Positions 48,214 through 58,545 of a stretch of DNA of 64,000 bases are shown here, in pieces. The notes beneath the pieces are model-generated. The model was given only the letters and a program-made list of their open reading frames with translations. It was not told where the DNA came from and made no database searches. This DNA is from Planctomycetota bacterium (lineage in GTDB: Bacteria > Planctomycetota > Planctomycetia > Pirellulales > Lacipirellulaceae): assembly GCA_039190745.1 (NCBI GenBank), contig JBCCXZ010000009.1, forward strand, positions 15,874 through 79,873. The letters run 5' to 3'. Each line of letters starts with the position of its first letter. The first letter of the stretch is position 1. Position numbers and translations under genes: made by a program.

Positions 48214-50586
48214 CTCTTCAGCAGTGGCCGCCACTTCCGAGCCAGAATCGGCGGCCAGCTCGGTCATCCGCATCAGCAGCTCCTCGCCCGTGGCGGGAAT
48301 CGCCAGCTCGATCGGCCGACCCTCCGCCAGGAACGACAACGCGTGCCGCGCCGCCATCCACACCGAGACGCCCAACATCAGCGGCGGTTCGCCGACCGCT
48401 TTGCTCAGCCGCACGTTCTTCTGGTGCTTGGGGTTCTCGACAAAGTCCACGTTCAGCGTCCGCGGCAGGTCGGTCACGTTGGGGATCTTGTACGTCGTCG
48501 GCCCGGTCGAGGTCAGCGCGCCCCGCTCGTCGTACCGCAGCTCCTCGTTGGTGACCCAACCGACGCCCTGCACGAACCCGCCGATCACCTGCCCGCGGTC
48601 GATGCCCGGGTTGAGCATCCGGCCGATGTCCATCAGCACGTCGGCCCGGTCGAACACCAGCTCGCCGGTGAAGCGGTCGATCGTCACCTCCGCAACCGCC
48701 GCCCCGGTGGTGAAGTAGTAGAACGGGTTCCCCCGGCCGGTCTCGCGGTTGTAGTCCACGCCGGGCGTCGCGAAGAACCCCCGTGCGCCGAGGTCGACCC
48801 GCTCCAGCCGCGCCCGGCGGCAGAACCCGCCGAACTCGATCCGGTGCGACGGGTCGGGGTCGCGGTCGTCGAAGACCTGCCCGTCCGCGAAGCACACGTG
48901 CTCCGGCGACTTGGTGAGCCCTCGATCGAAGTCCGCGAACAACCCGGCAGCGAACTCCGCCATCCGCGACTTGATCTTGCGGCACGCTTCGAGCGCCGCC
49001 GCGCCGTTGAGGTCGGTCCCGGCGCTCGCCGCGGTCGGCGAGGTGTTGTGGTTCTTCTCGGTCGACGTCGCCATCAGCCGCACCCGGTCAGGCGGCAGAC
49101 CGAACTCGTCGGCCACCAGCTGCCGGATCTTCGTGTTCAGCCCCTGGCCCATCTCCGTGCCGCCGGTCGACACCTGCACCGTGCCGTCGAGGTACACGTT
49201 GACCAGGGCGTTCGCCTGGTTCAGGAACTTTGTCGTGAACGAGATGCCGAACTTGATCGCCGAGACCGCCAGCCCCTTCACATGCGTTGCGCTCGCCGCG
49301 TTGAACCGCTCGACCTCCGCCATCCGCGCTCGGTAGTGGCTCGACTCTTCCAACTGCTCGAACGTCTCGGGCAGCACATGATCCCGCACAATCTGGCCGT
49401 AGTGCGTCAAGCTCCGCTCGGGGTCGCCGTCGTGGTAGAGGTTCAGACGGCGGACCTCCAACGCATCGCTGCCCACAGCGCGGGCGATCTCCTGCATGCA
49501 GCTCTCGATCACCGCCACGCCCTGCGGACCGCCAAAGCCCCGAAACGCCGTGTTCGGCGGGAGGTTCGTCCGGCAAACCAGACCAGTGCAGCGGAGCATC
49601 GGCACGTGGTAGGCGTTCTCCGCGTGGAGCATCGTCCGCTCCATCACCGAGGTCGAGAGGTCGGCGAATGCCCCGCCGTTGGAGTAGTAGGCGAACTCCG
49701 CCGCGATCAGCCGCCCCGACGCATCGAACGACACGCGGTAGTCCGATTGGTACTGGTGCCGCTTGCCGGTGATCCGCATGTCGTCCGACCGGCGGAACAC
49801 CACCCGCGCCGGCCGGCCGGTCTTCTGCGCGGCCAGCGCCGCCATCACCGCCGGCAGCGCCGACTGTGTTTCCTTGCCGCCGAACGCGCCGCCCATGCGG
49901 GGGCACTCGCACACCACCTCGTGCATCCGCAGACCCAACGCCTCGGCGACCACGGCCTGCGTCTCGGTGGGGTTCTGCGTCGACGAAACAACCTTGACCG
50001 TTCCCTCCTCGCCGGGCGAGGCGATCGCCGCTTGGGTCTCGAAGTAGAACTGCTCTTGCCCCGCCGAGTGGAACCGCCCGCTGAGCGTGTGGGGAGCCTC
50101 CCGGAAGGCCGCCTCGAACGCCCCGTCGTCTTCCGCCAAGGGGCTCGCCATCCGCCGCAGCGGGCCGATCGACGACTCCGCAGCGATCGCGTCGTCGATC
50201 GACAAGATCGGCGTCGCTTCATCGCATTCGATCCGCACCAGCTTGCGCGCCTGGGCGGCCGCTTCGGCCGTCTCCGCAGCGATGACCACGACGGGCTGCC
50301 CCAGGTAGGCCAGCTCGCGTTCCGCGAGGAACGGCTCGTCGGGGATGATCGGCCCAAAGTGATTCGGCCCGCCGAGGTCGGCGTGCGTCAGCACACACAC
50401 GACGCCGGGCGCCTTGCTCGCCGCTTCGGTGTCGATCGACCGCAGCGTCCCCGCCGCCACCGGCGAGCCGACAAAGTCGACCCACAGCTCGCCCTCCTGC
50501 CGCGGCAGGTCGTCGATGTACCGCGCCCCGCCGGTCACGTGGCCGGTCGCGGAGTCGTGCGGCAACGGTTTACCGACTGAAGGCAT
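48208..50586 (-). CDS. xdhB: Xanthine dehydrogenase molybdopterin-binding subunit
   Basis: HDSATGHVTG, RMGGAFGGKETQ, AFRGFGGPQG, GGTEMGQG, TAASAG, KAVGEPP. Confidence 0.95.
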   Translation of the reverse strand: MPSVGKPLPHDSATGHVTGGARYIDDLPRQEGELWVDFVGSPVAAGTLRSIDTEAASKAPGVVCVLTHADLGGPNHFGPIIPDEPFLAERELAYLGQPVVVIAAETAEAAAQARKLVRIECDEATPILSIDDAIAAESSIGPLRRMASPLAEDDGAFEAAFREAPHTLSGRFHSAGQEQFYFETQAAIASPGEEGTVKVVSSTQNPTETQAVVAEALGLRMHEVVCECPRMGGAFGGKETQSALPAVMAALAAQKTGRPARVVFRRSDDMRITGKRHQYQSDYRVSFDASGRLIAAEFAYYSNGGAFADLSTSVMERTMLHAENAYHVPMLRCTGLVCRTNLPPNTAFRGFGGPQGVAVIESCMQEIARAVGSDALEVRRLNLYHDGDPERSLTHYGQIVRDHVLPETFEQLEESSHYRARMAEVERFNAASATHVKGLAVSAIKFGISFTTKFLNQANALVNVYLDGTVQVSTGGTEMGQGLNTKIRQLVADEFGLPPDRVRLMATSTEKNHNTSPTAASAGTDLNGAAALEACRKIKSRMAEFAAGLFADFDRGLTKSPEHVCFADGQVFDDRDPDPSHRIEFGGFCRRARLERVDLGARGFFATPGVDYNRETGRGNPFYYFTTGAAVAEVTIDRFTGELVFDRADVLMDIGRMLNPGIDRGQVIGGFVQGVGWVTNEELRYDERGALTSTGPTTYKIPNVTDLPRTLNVDFVENPKHQKNVRLSKAVGEPPLMLGVSVWMAARHALSFLAEGRPIELAIPATGEELLMRMTELAADSGSEVAATAEEL

Positions 50587-50588
50587 CG

Positions 50589-52097
50589 CTAAACGGTCGC
50601 TGGGGTGGTAGTGGACAAATCGTAGAAGCACTTCACGAACAGGTTCTCGACCAACTGCCACCGGTAGTCGGCACTGCCGCGCACGTCGGAGATCGGCGTT
50701 ACCTCCCCCCGGGCCACGCATCCAGCTGCACGCATGGTTTCTTCGGTGAACGGCCGGCCGGCCAACTCCGCTTCCGCTTTGGGAAGCCGCAGAACCGTCG
50801 GCCCGACACCGCCAACGGCAACACGGGCCGACGTCAGCAAATCGCCGTCCAGCCGCAGCAACAAGGCGGCCGTCACCGTGCTGATATCCATGTCCCGCCG
50901 CTTCGAGACCTTGTAGAGCTTCAGCCGCTCGCCTTCGGCCGGCAGCGGAGTGCGGACCGAGACGATAATCTCTTCCGGCTTCATCTCAAGCTGCTTGTAA
51001 CCCAGGTAGAAATCCTGGATCGCTACAGACCGGCGCCCGTCAACGCTGGCCAACTCAATCGTCGACTCGGCGGCGTAATGGAACGGGATCGAATCCGCGA
51101 TCGGCGAGGCGTTCGCTAGGTTCCCCGCGAGCGTGCCCGCGTGCCGCACCTGGGGGCTCCCAAACCGTTCCAGGATCGCGCAGTATTCCGGCACACGGTC
51201 GGCAACGAACCGTTCGATGCGCGACCAGTTGACCGCGGCGCCGATCACCAACGCCCCGTCCACAATCTCCAACCGATGAAGCTCTTCCACGCCCGCGGTG
51301 GTAAGGATGTCGGTAGGCCGGATCTTACCGTGGTTGTGCTGCACGCCCACATCTGTCGCGCCCGCGACGACCTTCGCTTCGGGCCGCTCCGCCTTGCGGG
51401 CAAGCAGCGCGTCCAGCGTGCTCGGCAAGAACAGCTCCGGCACGGCGTGCCCCGCGTGCCCGTTCATAGCGAAGCCGTTCTCGACGCTCGTCGACCGCGC
51501 GTTGACGTGCACGCTCGGCTCGAGCGCCGTGAGGTCGGCCAGCATCGCCGCGGCGTCCATCTCCGCGTCGACACGCGGCGCTCCTTCGATGCTCAGCCCG
51601 GCGCCGGCCTCCAAGATTTGAGAGTACCCCGTGCAGCGGCAGAGGTTGCCGCTTAAACCAAGCCGCATCTCGTCGTCGCCCAGCGGCCCCTCACAATCAG
51701 TCGCTTCCGCACGCTCCTCGACCATGCCGTGCATCGCCATCACGAATCCCGGCGTGCAGAATCCGCACTGGCTGCCGTGGCAGTCGATCATCTGCTGCTG
51801 CACGTCGGAAGGCCCGCCGCCCGCGGCCATCGCTTCCACGGTCACGACGTGCTTGCGGTCCATCTGGTAGACGAATGCGATGCAGGCGTCGATCGACTCG
51901 TAGCGAAAGTCGGCCGCCGCCTCGTTCGGTGTCCCGACCAGTACCGTGCAGGCGCCGCAGTCGCCCTCGTTGCACACGATCTTCGTGCCGGTCAGCCTCA
52001 GGCGGTTCCGCAAGAAATCGGAGAGGGTCGCCGCCGCGTCTTCGCCCCGCACCGCTTGCCGGACGCCGTTGACATAAAAGACGAGGTGGTCACGCAT
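50589..52097 (-). CDS. xdhA: Xanthine dehydrogenase small subunit (2Fe-2S and FAD)
   Basis: GTKIVCNEGDCGAC, QCGFCTPG, GNLCRCTGY, AGATD, GNLANASP, KRRDMDIS. Confidence 0.95.
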   Translation of the reverse strand: MRDHLVFYVNGVRQAVRGEDAAATLSDFLRNRLRLTGTKIVCNEGDCGACTVLVGTPNEAAADFRYESIDACIAFVYQMDRKHVVTVEAMAAGGGPSDVQQQMIDCHGSQCGFCTPGFVMAMHGMVEERAEATDCEGPLGDDEMRLGLSGNLCRCTGYSQILEAGAGLSIEGAPRVDAEMDAAAMLADLTALEPSVHVNARSTSVENGFAMNGHAGHAVPELFLPSTLDALLARKAERPEAKVVAGATDVGVQHNHGKIRPTDILTTAGVEELHRLEIVDGALVIGAAVNWSRIERFVADRVPEYCAILERFGSPQVRHAGTLAGNLANASPIADSIPFHYAAESTIELASVDGRRSVAIQDFYLGYKQLEMKPEEIIVSVRTPLPAEGERLKLYKVSKRRDMDISTVTAALLLRLDGDLLTSARVAVGGVGPTVLRLPKAEAELAGRPFTEETMRAAGCVARGEVTPISDVRGSADYRWQLVENLFVKCFYDLSTTTPATV

Positions 52098-52253
52098 GGC
52101 GGCCTTTGGAACTGGCGCCCCCCGCCTACGGCCCGATGCGCACTGGAAGCAGGGTGCGCGAAGCCGAATTGCCCGTTGCCGGGGGGGTGGATATGCTGGT
52201 GGATTGCCGTCTCCCGCCTGAAACGAACCTAATTCTACCACAATCGAGCGTCA

Positions 52254-53570
52254 ATGCCTCACGCACGGACTGCGACGAAGCCCGCCAACTCAGCTTGCGG
52301 AACGGTTCCTCAACGAGTGATCGCCGAAGCCGCGGTGCGGGTGATGGCAAGGTGCGAAGAGATCTCGCTCTGCACCGAAGAGCCGGGCCGCGTAACCAGA
52401 CGCTTCTTAGCCGAGCCGATGCATCGAGTTCACGGCCTGCTGGGCGGCTGGATGGAAGAGGCCGGACTTTCCACGCGCGTCGACGACGCGGGCAACCTCG
52501 TCGGACGCTTGACCGCTTCTCCTGAAGCCCGCAGCCTCCTGGTCGGCTCGCACCTCGACAGCGTCCCCAACGGCGGACGCTACGACGGCGTGCTCGGCGT
52601 GCTCATCGCCCTCGCCGCGGCCGAGCAGTGCGGGGCCGAGACGCTGCCGTTCCACCTCGACATCATCGGTTTCAGTGAAGAAGAAGGCGTCCGCTACAGC
52701 ATGCCCTACCTCGGCAGCAATGCGGTCGCCGGGCGATTCGACGTCAATTGGTTCGACCGCGTCGACGCCCAGGGCGTCACGCTCCACCAAGCGATCACTT
52801 CCTTCGGATTAAACCCCAGTGGTATCGCGTCGGCCGCGTACGACCCGGAGCGGGTAATCGGGTACCTCGAGCCGCACCTCGAACAAGGCCCCGTGCTCGA
52901 CCGCGCCGGCCTACCGGTCGGCGTCGTCGACGGCATCGCCGGGCAGAGCCGCATCCGGATCGAGTTCCGCGGCGAATCCGGCCACGCGGGCACCACCCCC
53001 ATGGAGGGCCGGCGCGACGCGCTCGTCTCCGCCGCCCGCTTCGTCGAGGTCGTCCGCCAAGCCGGCCGCAACTTCGACGACCTCCGCGCCACCGTCGGCC
53101 GCATCGAGTGCGCCCCCAACGCCCCCAACGTCATCCCCGGGGCTGTCCGGCTCTCGCTCGACCTCAGGCACAAGCGAGACGAACCGCGCGAAGCGGCCCT
53201 TGAACAAATCCTCGAAGCGGCGAGCGGAATCGCCGAAGAGGAAAGCACCCCGCTCGCGATCCTCGAGGAGCTCCACCAGCCGGCCGTTGCTGTGGGCGAC
53301 GAGTTGACCGAGCTGCTCGCCGACGCCGTCGAGGAATGCGGCCTGCAGCGCCTGAGCGTCTCCAGCGGGGCCGGCCACGACGCAGTCGCGATGTCCGCCG
53401 CCTTCCCCGTGGCCATGCTCTTCGTCCGCCACCCCGGCGCCGTTAGCCACCACCCCGACGAACGCGTTGACGAAGCAGACGTCGCCGTGGCGATCGACGT
53501 GATGACCCGCTTTTTCCGCCGCCTCGCCGAGGCCGAACGCCGCAGCGTCCAAGACCCCAGCAGTCTATGA
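52254..53570 (+). CDS. allC: Allantoate amidohydrolase (M20 Zn hydrolase)
   Basis: GSHLD, YDG, EEEG, HLEQGP, GHAGTTPM, SGAGHDA; adjacent to allE; start codon uncertain. Confidence 0.8.
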   Translation: MPHARTATKPANSACGTVPQRVIAEAAVRVMARCEEISLCTEEPGRVTRRFLAEPMHRVHGLLGGWMEEAGLSTRVDDAGNLVGRLTASPEARSLLVGSHLDSVPNGGRYDGVLGVLIALAAAEQCGAETLPFHLDIIGFSEEEGVRYSMPYLGSNAVAGRFDVNWFDRVDAQGVTLHQAITSFGLNPSGIASAAYDPERVIGYLEPHLEQGPVLDRAGLPVGVVDGIAGQSRIRIEFRGESGHAGTTPMEGRRDALVSAARFVEVVRQAGRNFDDLRATVGRIECAPNAPNVIPGAVRLSLDLRHKRDEPREAALEQILEAASGIAEEESTPLAILEELHQPAVAVGDELTELLADAVEECGLQRLSVSSGAGHDAVAMSAAFPVAMLFVRHPGAVSHHPDERVDEADVAVAIDVMTRFFRRLAEAERRSVQDPSSL

Positions 53571-54325
53571 GTAGCCTCTTCGGCGAAACCCGCACCCGCG
53601 TCGCGTGGAACCACGCGCTCGTCGCCCCCGACGGGCACGTCCCCTCGCCGCTGGTCGGTTGGGAGAACGCCGAGGGCGTCGTGCTCATCAGCCCCGCCAT
53701 GGGTGGCGGCGAAGGCGGCCCGCGGTTCACGCAGTACCTCGTGACCGGCAGCGAAGCCTGCCGGAGCATCGGCACGCCCGAGGGCGTTGAGCGGTTGGTC
53801 TACGTGCTCGCCGGGCCGGCAACGCTCGATGGAAAGCAGCTCGCGGCGGACGACTTCGTCTGGCAGCCGCCGGGCGACGGCTCGACGCTCACCGCCGGCG
53901 ACGGCGCCAGCCTGCTAGTTTTCGAGCGCGTCTACGAACCACTGGCCGGCGTGCCCACCCCGCAGCGCGTCTCCGGTTCGCTCGCCGACGCGCCCGCCGA
54001 GCCGTTCCTCGGCGACCCCGATGCCGTGCTCGCCACGTTGCTGCCGGTCGAACCCGGCTTCGACATGGCCGTGAATGTCTTCACCTACCAGCCCGGCGCC
54101 GCGTTGCCGTTTGTGGAAACGCACATCATGGAGCACGGCTTGCAGATGACCGCGGGGCAGGGCGTGTACCGCTTGGGCGATTCCTGGTACCCCGTGCAGA
54201 CGGGCGACGCCATCTGGATGGCGTCCTACTGCCCGCAGTGGTTTGTCGCGATGGGCAAGTCGCCCGCCCGCTACGTCTACTACAAAGACATCCACCGCCA
54301 CCCGCTCCCCGGCGGCCCGGCATGA
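53567..54325 (+). CDS. allE: (S)-ureidoglycine aminohydrolase (bicupin)
   Basis: PFVETHIMEHG, GQGVYRL, WMASYCPQW, YYKD. Confidence 0.9.
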   Translation: MSSLFGETRTRVAWNHALVAPDGHVPSPLVGWENAEGVVLISPAMGGGEGGPRFTQYLVTGSEACRSIGTPEGVERLVYVLAGPATLDGKQLAADDFVWQPPGDGSTLTAGDGASLLVFERVYEPLAGVPTPQRVSGSLADAPAEPFLGDPDAVLATLLPVEPGFDMAVNVFTYQPGAALPFVETHIMEHGLQMTAGQGVYRLGDSWYPVQTGDAIWMASYCPQWFVAMGKSPARYVYYKDIHRHPLPGGPA

Positions 54326-55554
54326 CCGTCGACGCCGACGCACTGCTGGCCGAACTACACGCGCTCGCCGCGATCAGCGACTGCCCCGAGCCTCCGCCGG
54401 CCGTCACCCGGGTGGTGTTCACCGAGACCGACCTCCGCGCCCGCGCGTACTTCACCTCGCTCTGCGAACTGGCAGGCCTCACGGTCCGCGTCGACCCCAT
54501 CGGCAACACCTTCGCCCGCTGGGAAGGCTCCGAGCCCGACCTGCCCGCGGTCGCCACCGGTTCGCACATCGACGCCATCCCCCACGCCGGGATGTACGAC
54601 GGCACCGTCGGTGTTCTCGGAGGCCTCGAAGCGATCCGGGCGTTGCAGCGCAAGAGCATCAAGCCGCGGCGGTCGATTGAGCTGATCCTGTTCACCTCCG
54701 AAGAGCCGACCCGCTTCGGCGTCGGCTGCACCGGCAGCCGAATGATGAGCGGCGCGCTCTCGCCCAAACAGCTCAGCGAGCTCACCGACGAATCGGGCGA
54801 CAATTACGATACGGTCCGCCAGGCGGCGGGCTTCACCGGCGAGCTGGCCGACGTCGCTCTGCCGCAGGGGCACTACCACGCCTTCGTCGAGCTGCACATC
54901 GAGCAAGGCCCCGAGTTGGAAGCGGCCGGCCTGGACATCGGCGTCGTGACCGCCATCGCAGCGCCCGCCACGGTCGAGTTCACGCTCACCGGCGAGGGCG
55001 GCCACGCCGGAGCCGTGCTGATGCCCAAACGAAAGGACGCGCTCAACGCCGCCGCCGAGATCGTCTCCGCGATCGAATCGCTAGCCAACAGCAGCCCCAG
55101 CTCCGACCTCGTCGCCACCGTCGGCCGGCTGGAAGTCCACCCGGGGGCGGTCAACTCGATCCCCAGCCGCGTCTGGTTCACGCTCGACCTCCGCGACATC
55201 GACGGCGAGAACCGCAACGCGTTGCTGGAGAAGATCACCGCCGCGGCCCAAGAAGTCGCCAACCGCCGCGGCGTCGCCCTCGAGTGGAGCGTCCTCAACG
55301 CCGACCCGCCCGCAACCTGCGCCGACGCGGTGATCGCCGCGGCCGAGCAAGCGTCCGCCGGCCTCCAGCACCGCCGCATGATCAGCCGCGCCTACCACGA
55401 CTCGCTGTTCATGGCCCGCATCGCCCCCACCGGCATGGTGTTCATCCCCTGCCGCGGCGGCGTCTCGCACCGCCCCGACGAGTTCTCAACGCCCGAGCAA
55501 ATCGCCGGCGGCGTGAAGGTATTGACCGAGACGCTCGCAACTCTCGCGCAGTAG
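54322..55554 (+). CDS. M20 Zn-dependent hydrolase, ureidoglycolate amidohydrolase (plant UAH)-like
   Basis: ATGA overlap with allE; GSHIDAIP, SEEPTRFG, HAGAVLM, SRAYHDSLFMAR. Confidence 0.78.
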   Translation: MTVDADALLAELHALAAISDCPEPPPAVTRVVFTETDLRARAYFTSLCELAGLTVRVDPIGNTFARWEGSEPDLPAVATGSHIDAIPHAGMYDGTVGVLGGLEAIRALQRKSIKPRRSIELILFTSEEPTRFGVGCTGSRMMSGALSPKQLSELTDESGDNYDTVRQAAGFTGELADVALPQGHYHAFVELHIEQGPELEAAGLDIGVVTAIAAPATVEFTLTGEGGHAGAVLMPKRKDALNAAAEIVSAIESLANSSPSSDLVATVGRLEVHPGAVNSIPSRVWFTLDLRDIDGENRNALLEKITAAAQEVANRRGVALEWSVLNADPPATCADAVIAAAEQASAGLQHRRMISRAYHDSLFMARIAPTGMVFIPCRGGVSHRPDEFSTPEQIAGGVKVLTETLATLAQ

Positions 55555-55620
55555 GCCAGGGTATACCCGGGTGGCACCGACTGTCGGCCGTATAAGGCGC
55601 TGCTCTTGGTCCAGCGGGGC

Positions 55621-55716
55621 CGGCCGATTGTCGGTGTCGCTTGCGACAAGAGGTCATCGGCTCTCAGTAAGGCGATCGGGTTTGCCTCCTGTGCTGCGCA
55701 CACGGACAATCGGCCG
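55621..55716. repeat. 96-bp element with 17-bp terminal inverted repeats
   Basis: cggccgattgtcggtgt ... acacggacaatcggccg (16/17 complementary). Confidence 0.6.
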
Positions 55717-55791
55717 ATTCCGTGTCTCGCTTAATCACTAAGCTCCATGCGGCCGACAGTCCGTGCCACCCATTTACCAGCACGACCCGAG

Positions 55792-56646
55792 TCACTCACG
55801 ACCCACCGTCGCCGAGATAAACCCAAACGGCTCGTCCGTCGCAACGAAAACCTCGTTTTCGTTCTCCCGGCCGAACGGCGAGAGGTCCACGAGCAGGTGG
55901 TGCTTGTTCGGCAGCGTGAGGGTGATCTCCGCCGCGTCGCCGCAGGAGTCCAGCGCCGCCTGCCCCATGAAGTACAGCGACTCCTGAACGCTGCGGCTGT
56001 AGTGGTCGAGGAACCGCGCGAGCAACGCCTCGACAATCGCCGCCCGGCCGGCCGCGAAGTCGGCTTCTGCGGTAGCGTACCGCCAGCCAGCCGTGACCGA
56101 GGTCGCAAAGATCCGGTCGTCCGTGTCCGCCAGCGTGCGGTACTCGTCGCGGTGGAAGTCCTCGAACCCGCTCTCGGTCGTCTTCGCGATCAGCAGGTTC
56201 TCTAGCCCCGACCGCACCGTCGCTTCGCCGCTGCTGCTGACGTGCACCTCCGCCGTCGGCGTCGACGCGTCCCGAGCCACAAACCCGTGTGGCGAGTCGC
56301 CCAACCGGTCCCACACGCGCTCCTTCAGCATCACCCGGCAAGAATCCACATGGTCATACTGCCCGCAGAAGTGCCGGCCAATCGCCAGGCCGAACGACTC
56401 GATCGTGTCGACCGGGTGGTCCTTCGCCAGGCAGTAGATCGTGTTCTTGCAAGTGTCCGTGGCGATCACCGACCGGTTGTCGCCCTCGGTGTAGGCCGCG
56501 TCAAAATCGCCGTGCAGCTCGACGTCGACCGAAACCTCCACAAACTCGTGCCGCTCAGTGTTCGCCGCCGCTTGCCGCGGGCGGCGGACCTTGCTCACGC
56601 GGACTTGGTGCTTGCCGTAGGTGTGGGCTTTCAATTGGCCGGCCAT
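55792..56646 (-). CDS. pucL: Factor-independent urate hydroxylase (uricase)
   Basis: YGK, IATDTCKNT, KTTESGF, SRSVQ, PNKH, PFGFI. Confidence 0.92.
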   Translation of the reverse strand: MAGQLKAHTYGKHQVRVSKVRRPRQAAANTERHEFVEVSVDVELHGDFDAAYTEGDNRSVIATDTCKNTIYCLAKDHPVDTIESFGLAIGRHFCGQYDHVDSCRVMLKERVWDRLGDSPHGFVARDASTPTAEVHVSSSGEATVRSGLENLLIAKTTESGFEDFHRDEYRTLADTDDRIFATSVTAGWRYATAEADFAAGRAAIVEALLARFLDHYSRSVQESLYFMGQAALDSCGDAAEITLTLPNKHHLLVDLSPFGRENENEVFVATDEPFGFISATVGRE

Positions 56647-56711
56647 GCGGTCCTCTGCGGATTCGTGTAAGTTCGTCGTCTGGTCGACCAACATAACGTC
56701 TCCCGTTTCTT

Positions 56712-58010
56712 ATGTCAGAGCCCCGCGACAGAGAGTTTGCCATCGGCAGCCGCCGCGTCGTCACGCCCGACGACACGCGGCCGGCCACCGTTGTGGTCCG
56801 CGACGGGCTCATCGCCGAGCTGCTCCCCTACGAGCCGGGCCGCGGGGAAGACCTGGGCGACGTCGCAGTCCTCCCCGGCGGCGTCGACCCGCACGTCCAC
56901 CTCAACGAGCCCGGCCGCACCGAGTGGGAGGGCTTCCAAACCGGCACGGCCGCCGCGGCCGCCGGCGGCGTCACCACGCTGGTCGACATGCCGCTCAACA
57001 GCACGCCGGTCACCACAACAGGCGAGGCCCTCGTCAAGAAGCGGGCCGCCGCCACTGGAAAACTCTCCGTCGACGTCGGCTTCCACGCCGGGTTGGTCCC
57101 CGGCAACGCGGCCGAGCTGCCCGCGCTGCTCGACGCGGCCGTGCTTGGCGTCAAAGCCTTCCTCTGCCACAGCGGCATCGACGACTTCCCCGCCGCAGGC
57201 GAGCGTGAGCTCCGCGGAGCCATGCTGCTGCTCGCCGAGCGCGGCGTGCCGCTGCTGGCGCACGCGGAGATCGTTTCGGAAACGCCGCCGATGGCCGACC
57301 CCCGTCGGTACGCCGACTACGCCGCTTCGCGTCCGCCAAGCTTCGAACGCGACGCGATTGCGCTCTTGATCGACCTCTGCCGCGCCACCGGCTGCCGCAC
57401 GCACGTCGTGCACCTCGCCGACGCGGGGAGCCTTCCCGCGCTCCGCGACGCCCGGGCGGAAGGCCTGCCGCTCACCGTCGAAACGTGCCAACACTACCTC
57501 ACGTTCGCGGCCGAAGACATCCCCGACGGCGCGACCCAGTACAAGTGCGCCCCGCCCCTCCGCGACGCCGCCAACCGCGAAGGGCTCTGGCAAGGGCTCG
57601 CCGACGGCGTGATCGACTTCGTCGCTACCGACCATTCGCCGTGCCCGCCCGCAATGAAGCACGCCGACACCGGCCGCTTCGACCTCGCCTGGGGCGGCAT
57701 CAGTTCATTGCAGCTAGCGCTGCCCGCGCTCTGGACCGAAGCCGTCCGACGCGGCTACACGCTCGTCGACCTCGCCCGTTGGACCTCCGCCGCACCCGCC
57801 AAGCTGGTCGGCCTCTCCACCGGCATCGCCGTCGGCAACGAAGCCCACCTCGTCGCCTTCGACCCCGACGCCGAGTTCACCGTCCGGGGCGAAACGCTCC
57901 ACCACCGCCACAAGATCACGCCCTACGAGGGCCGAACCCTCAGAGGCGTCGTCCGCCAGACCTACCTCCGCGGGGCGCCGGCCGGGCAGGGCAGGGGGAA
58001 GGCGCTATGA
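56712..58010 (+). CDS. allB: Allantoinase
   Basis: DPHVHLNEPGRTEWEGF, AGGVTT, DMPLNS, HAE, KCAPP, TDHSPC, RHKITPY. Confidence 0.92.
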   Translation: MSEPRDREFAIGSRRVVTPDDTRPATVVVRDGLIAELLPYEPGRGEDLGDVAVLPGGVDPHVHLNEPGRTEWEGFQTGTAAAAAGGVTTLVDMPLNSTPVTTTGEALVKKRAAATGKLSVDVGFHAGLVPGNAAELPALLDAAVLGVKAFLCHSGIDDFPAAGERELRGAMLLLAERGVPLLAHAEIVSETPPMADPRRYADYAASRPPSFERDAIALLIDLCRATGCRTHVVHLADAGSLPALRDARAEGLPLTVETCQHYLTFAAEDIPDGATQYKCAPPLRDAANREGLWQGLADGVIDFVATDHSPCPPAMKHADTGRFDLAWGGISSLQLALPALWTEAVRRGYTLVDLARWTSAAPAKLVGLSTGIAVGNEAHLVAFDPDAEFTVRGETLHHRHKITPYEGRTLRGVVRQTYLRGAPAGQGRGKAL

Positions 58011-58528
58011 ACGCCGCCGTCATCCAGCAGATCAACGCGGCAACCGCCGATGAAGCCGCCGCCGTCTTCCGCAAGTGCTGCGGCTCCGCCTGGTGGTGCG
58101 AACAAATGACCGAAGCCCGCCCCTTCGCCGACGCCGACGCCGTCACCACAGCCGCCGACGCCGCCTTCGACCAGATGCCCCGCGAGGCATGGCTTGAAGC
58201 GTTCGCCGCCCACCCACAGATCGGCGACCTGCAGTCGCTCCGTATGAAATACGCCGGCAACCGTGAGTGGTCCGCCGGCGAGCAGTCCGGCGCCGCCGGG
58301 GCCGACGAAGAAACCCTCAAGCGCTTAGCCGCGGGCAACGCCGCGTACCTCCAGCGCTTCGGCTACATCTTCATCGTCTGCGCCACCGGCAAGACCGCCG
58401 CCGAGATGCTCGCCCTACTCGAAGCCCGGCTCGACAACGCCCCCGAAGCCGAACTCCCCATCGCCGCCGCGGAACAAAGAAAAATCACGCACCTTCGCCT
58501 AGCCAAGTTGTCTGATAGTTCCAACTAA
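58007..58528 (+). CDS. uraD: OHCU decarboxylase
   Basis: ATGA overlap with allB; AHPQIG, EQSG, RFGYIFIVCA, EQRKI..RL. Confidence 0.9.
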   Translation: MNAAVIQQINAATADEAAAVFRKCCGSAWWCEQMTEARPFADADAVTTAADAAFDQMPREAWLEAFAAHPQIGDLQSLRMKYAGNREWSAGEQSGAAGADEETLKRLAAGNAAYLQRFGYIFIVCATGKTAAEMLALLEARLDNAPEAELPIAAAEQRKITHLRLAKLSDSSN

Positions 58529-58545
58529 CACCCTTTGCGTTTCTT

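Noticed and set aside
52138..52161. NtrC-like palindrome gcgcac-N10-gtgcgc upstream of xdhA/allC
   Set aside because: Short and GC-rich with non-canonical spacing; likely chance in this genome
57485..58528. 347-aa ORF suggesting an AllB-UraD frameshift fusion
   Set aside because: uraD has its own ATG overlapping the allB stop (ATGA); the upstream part is an off-frame shadow
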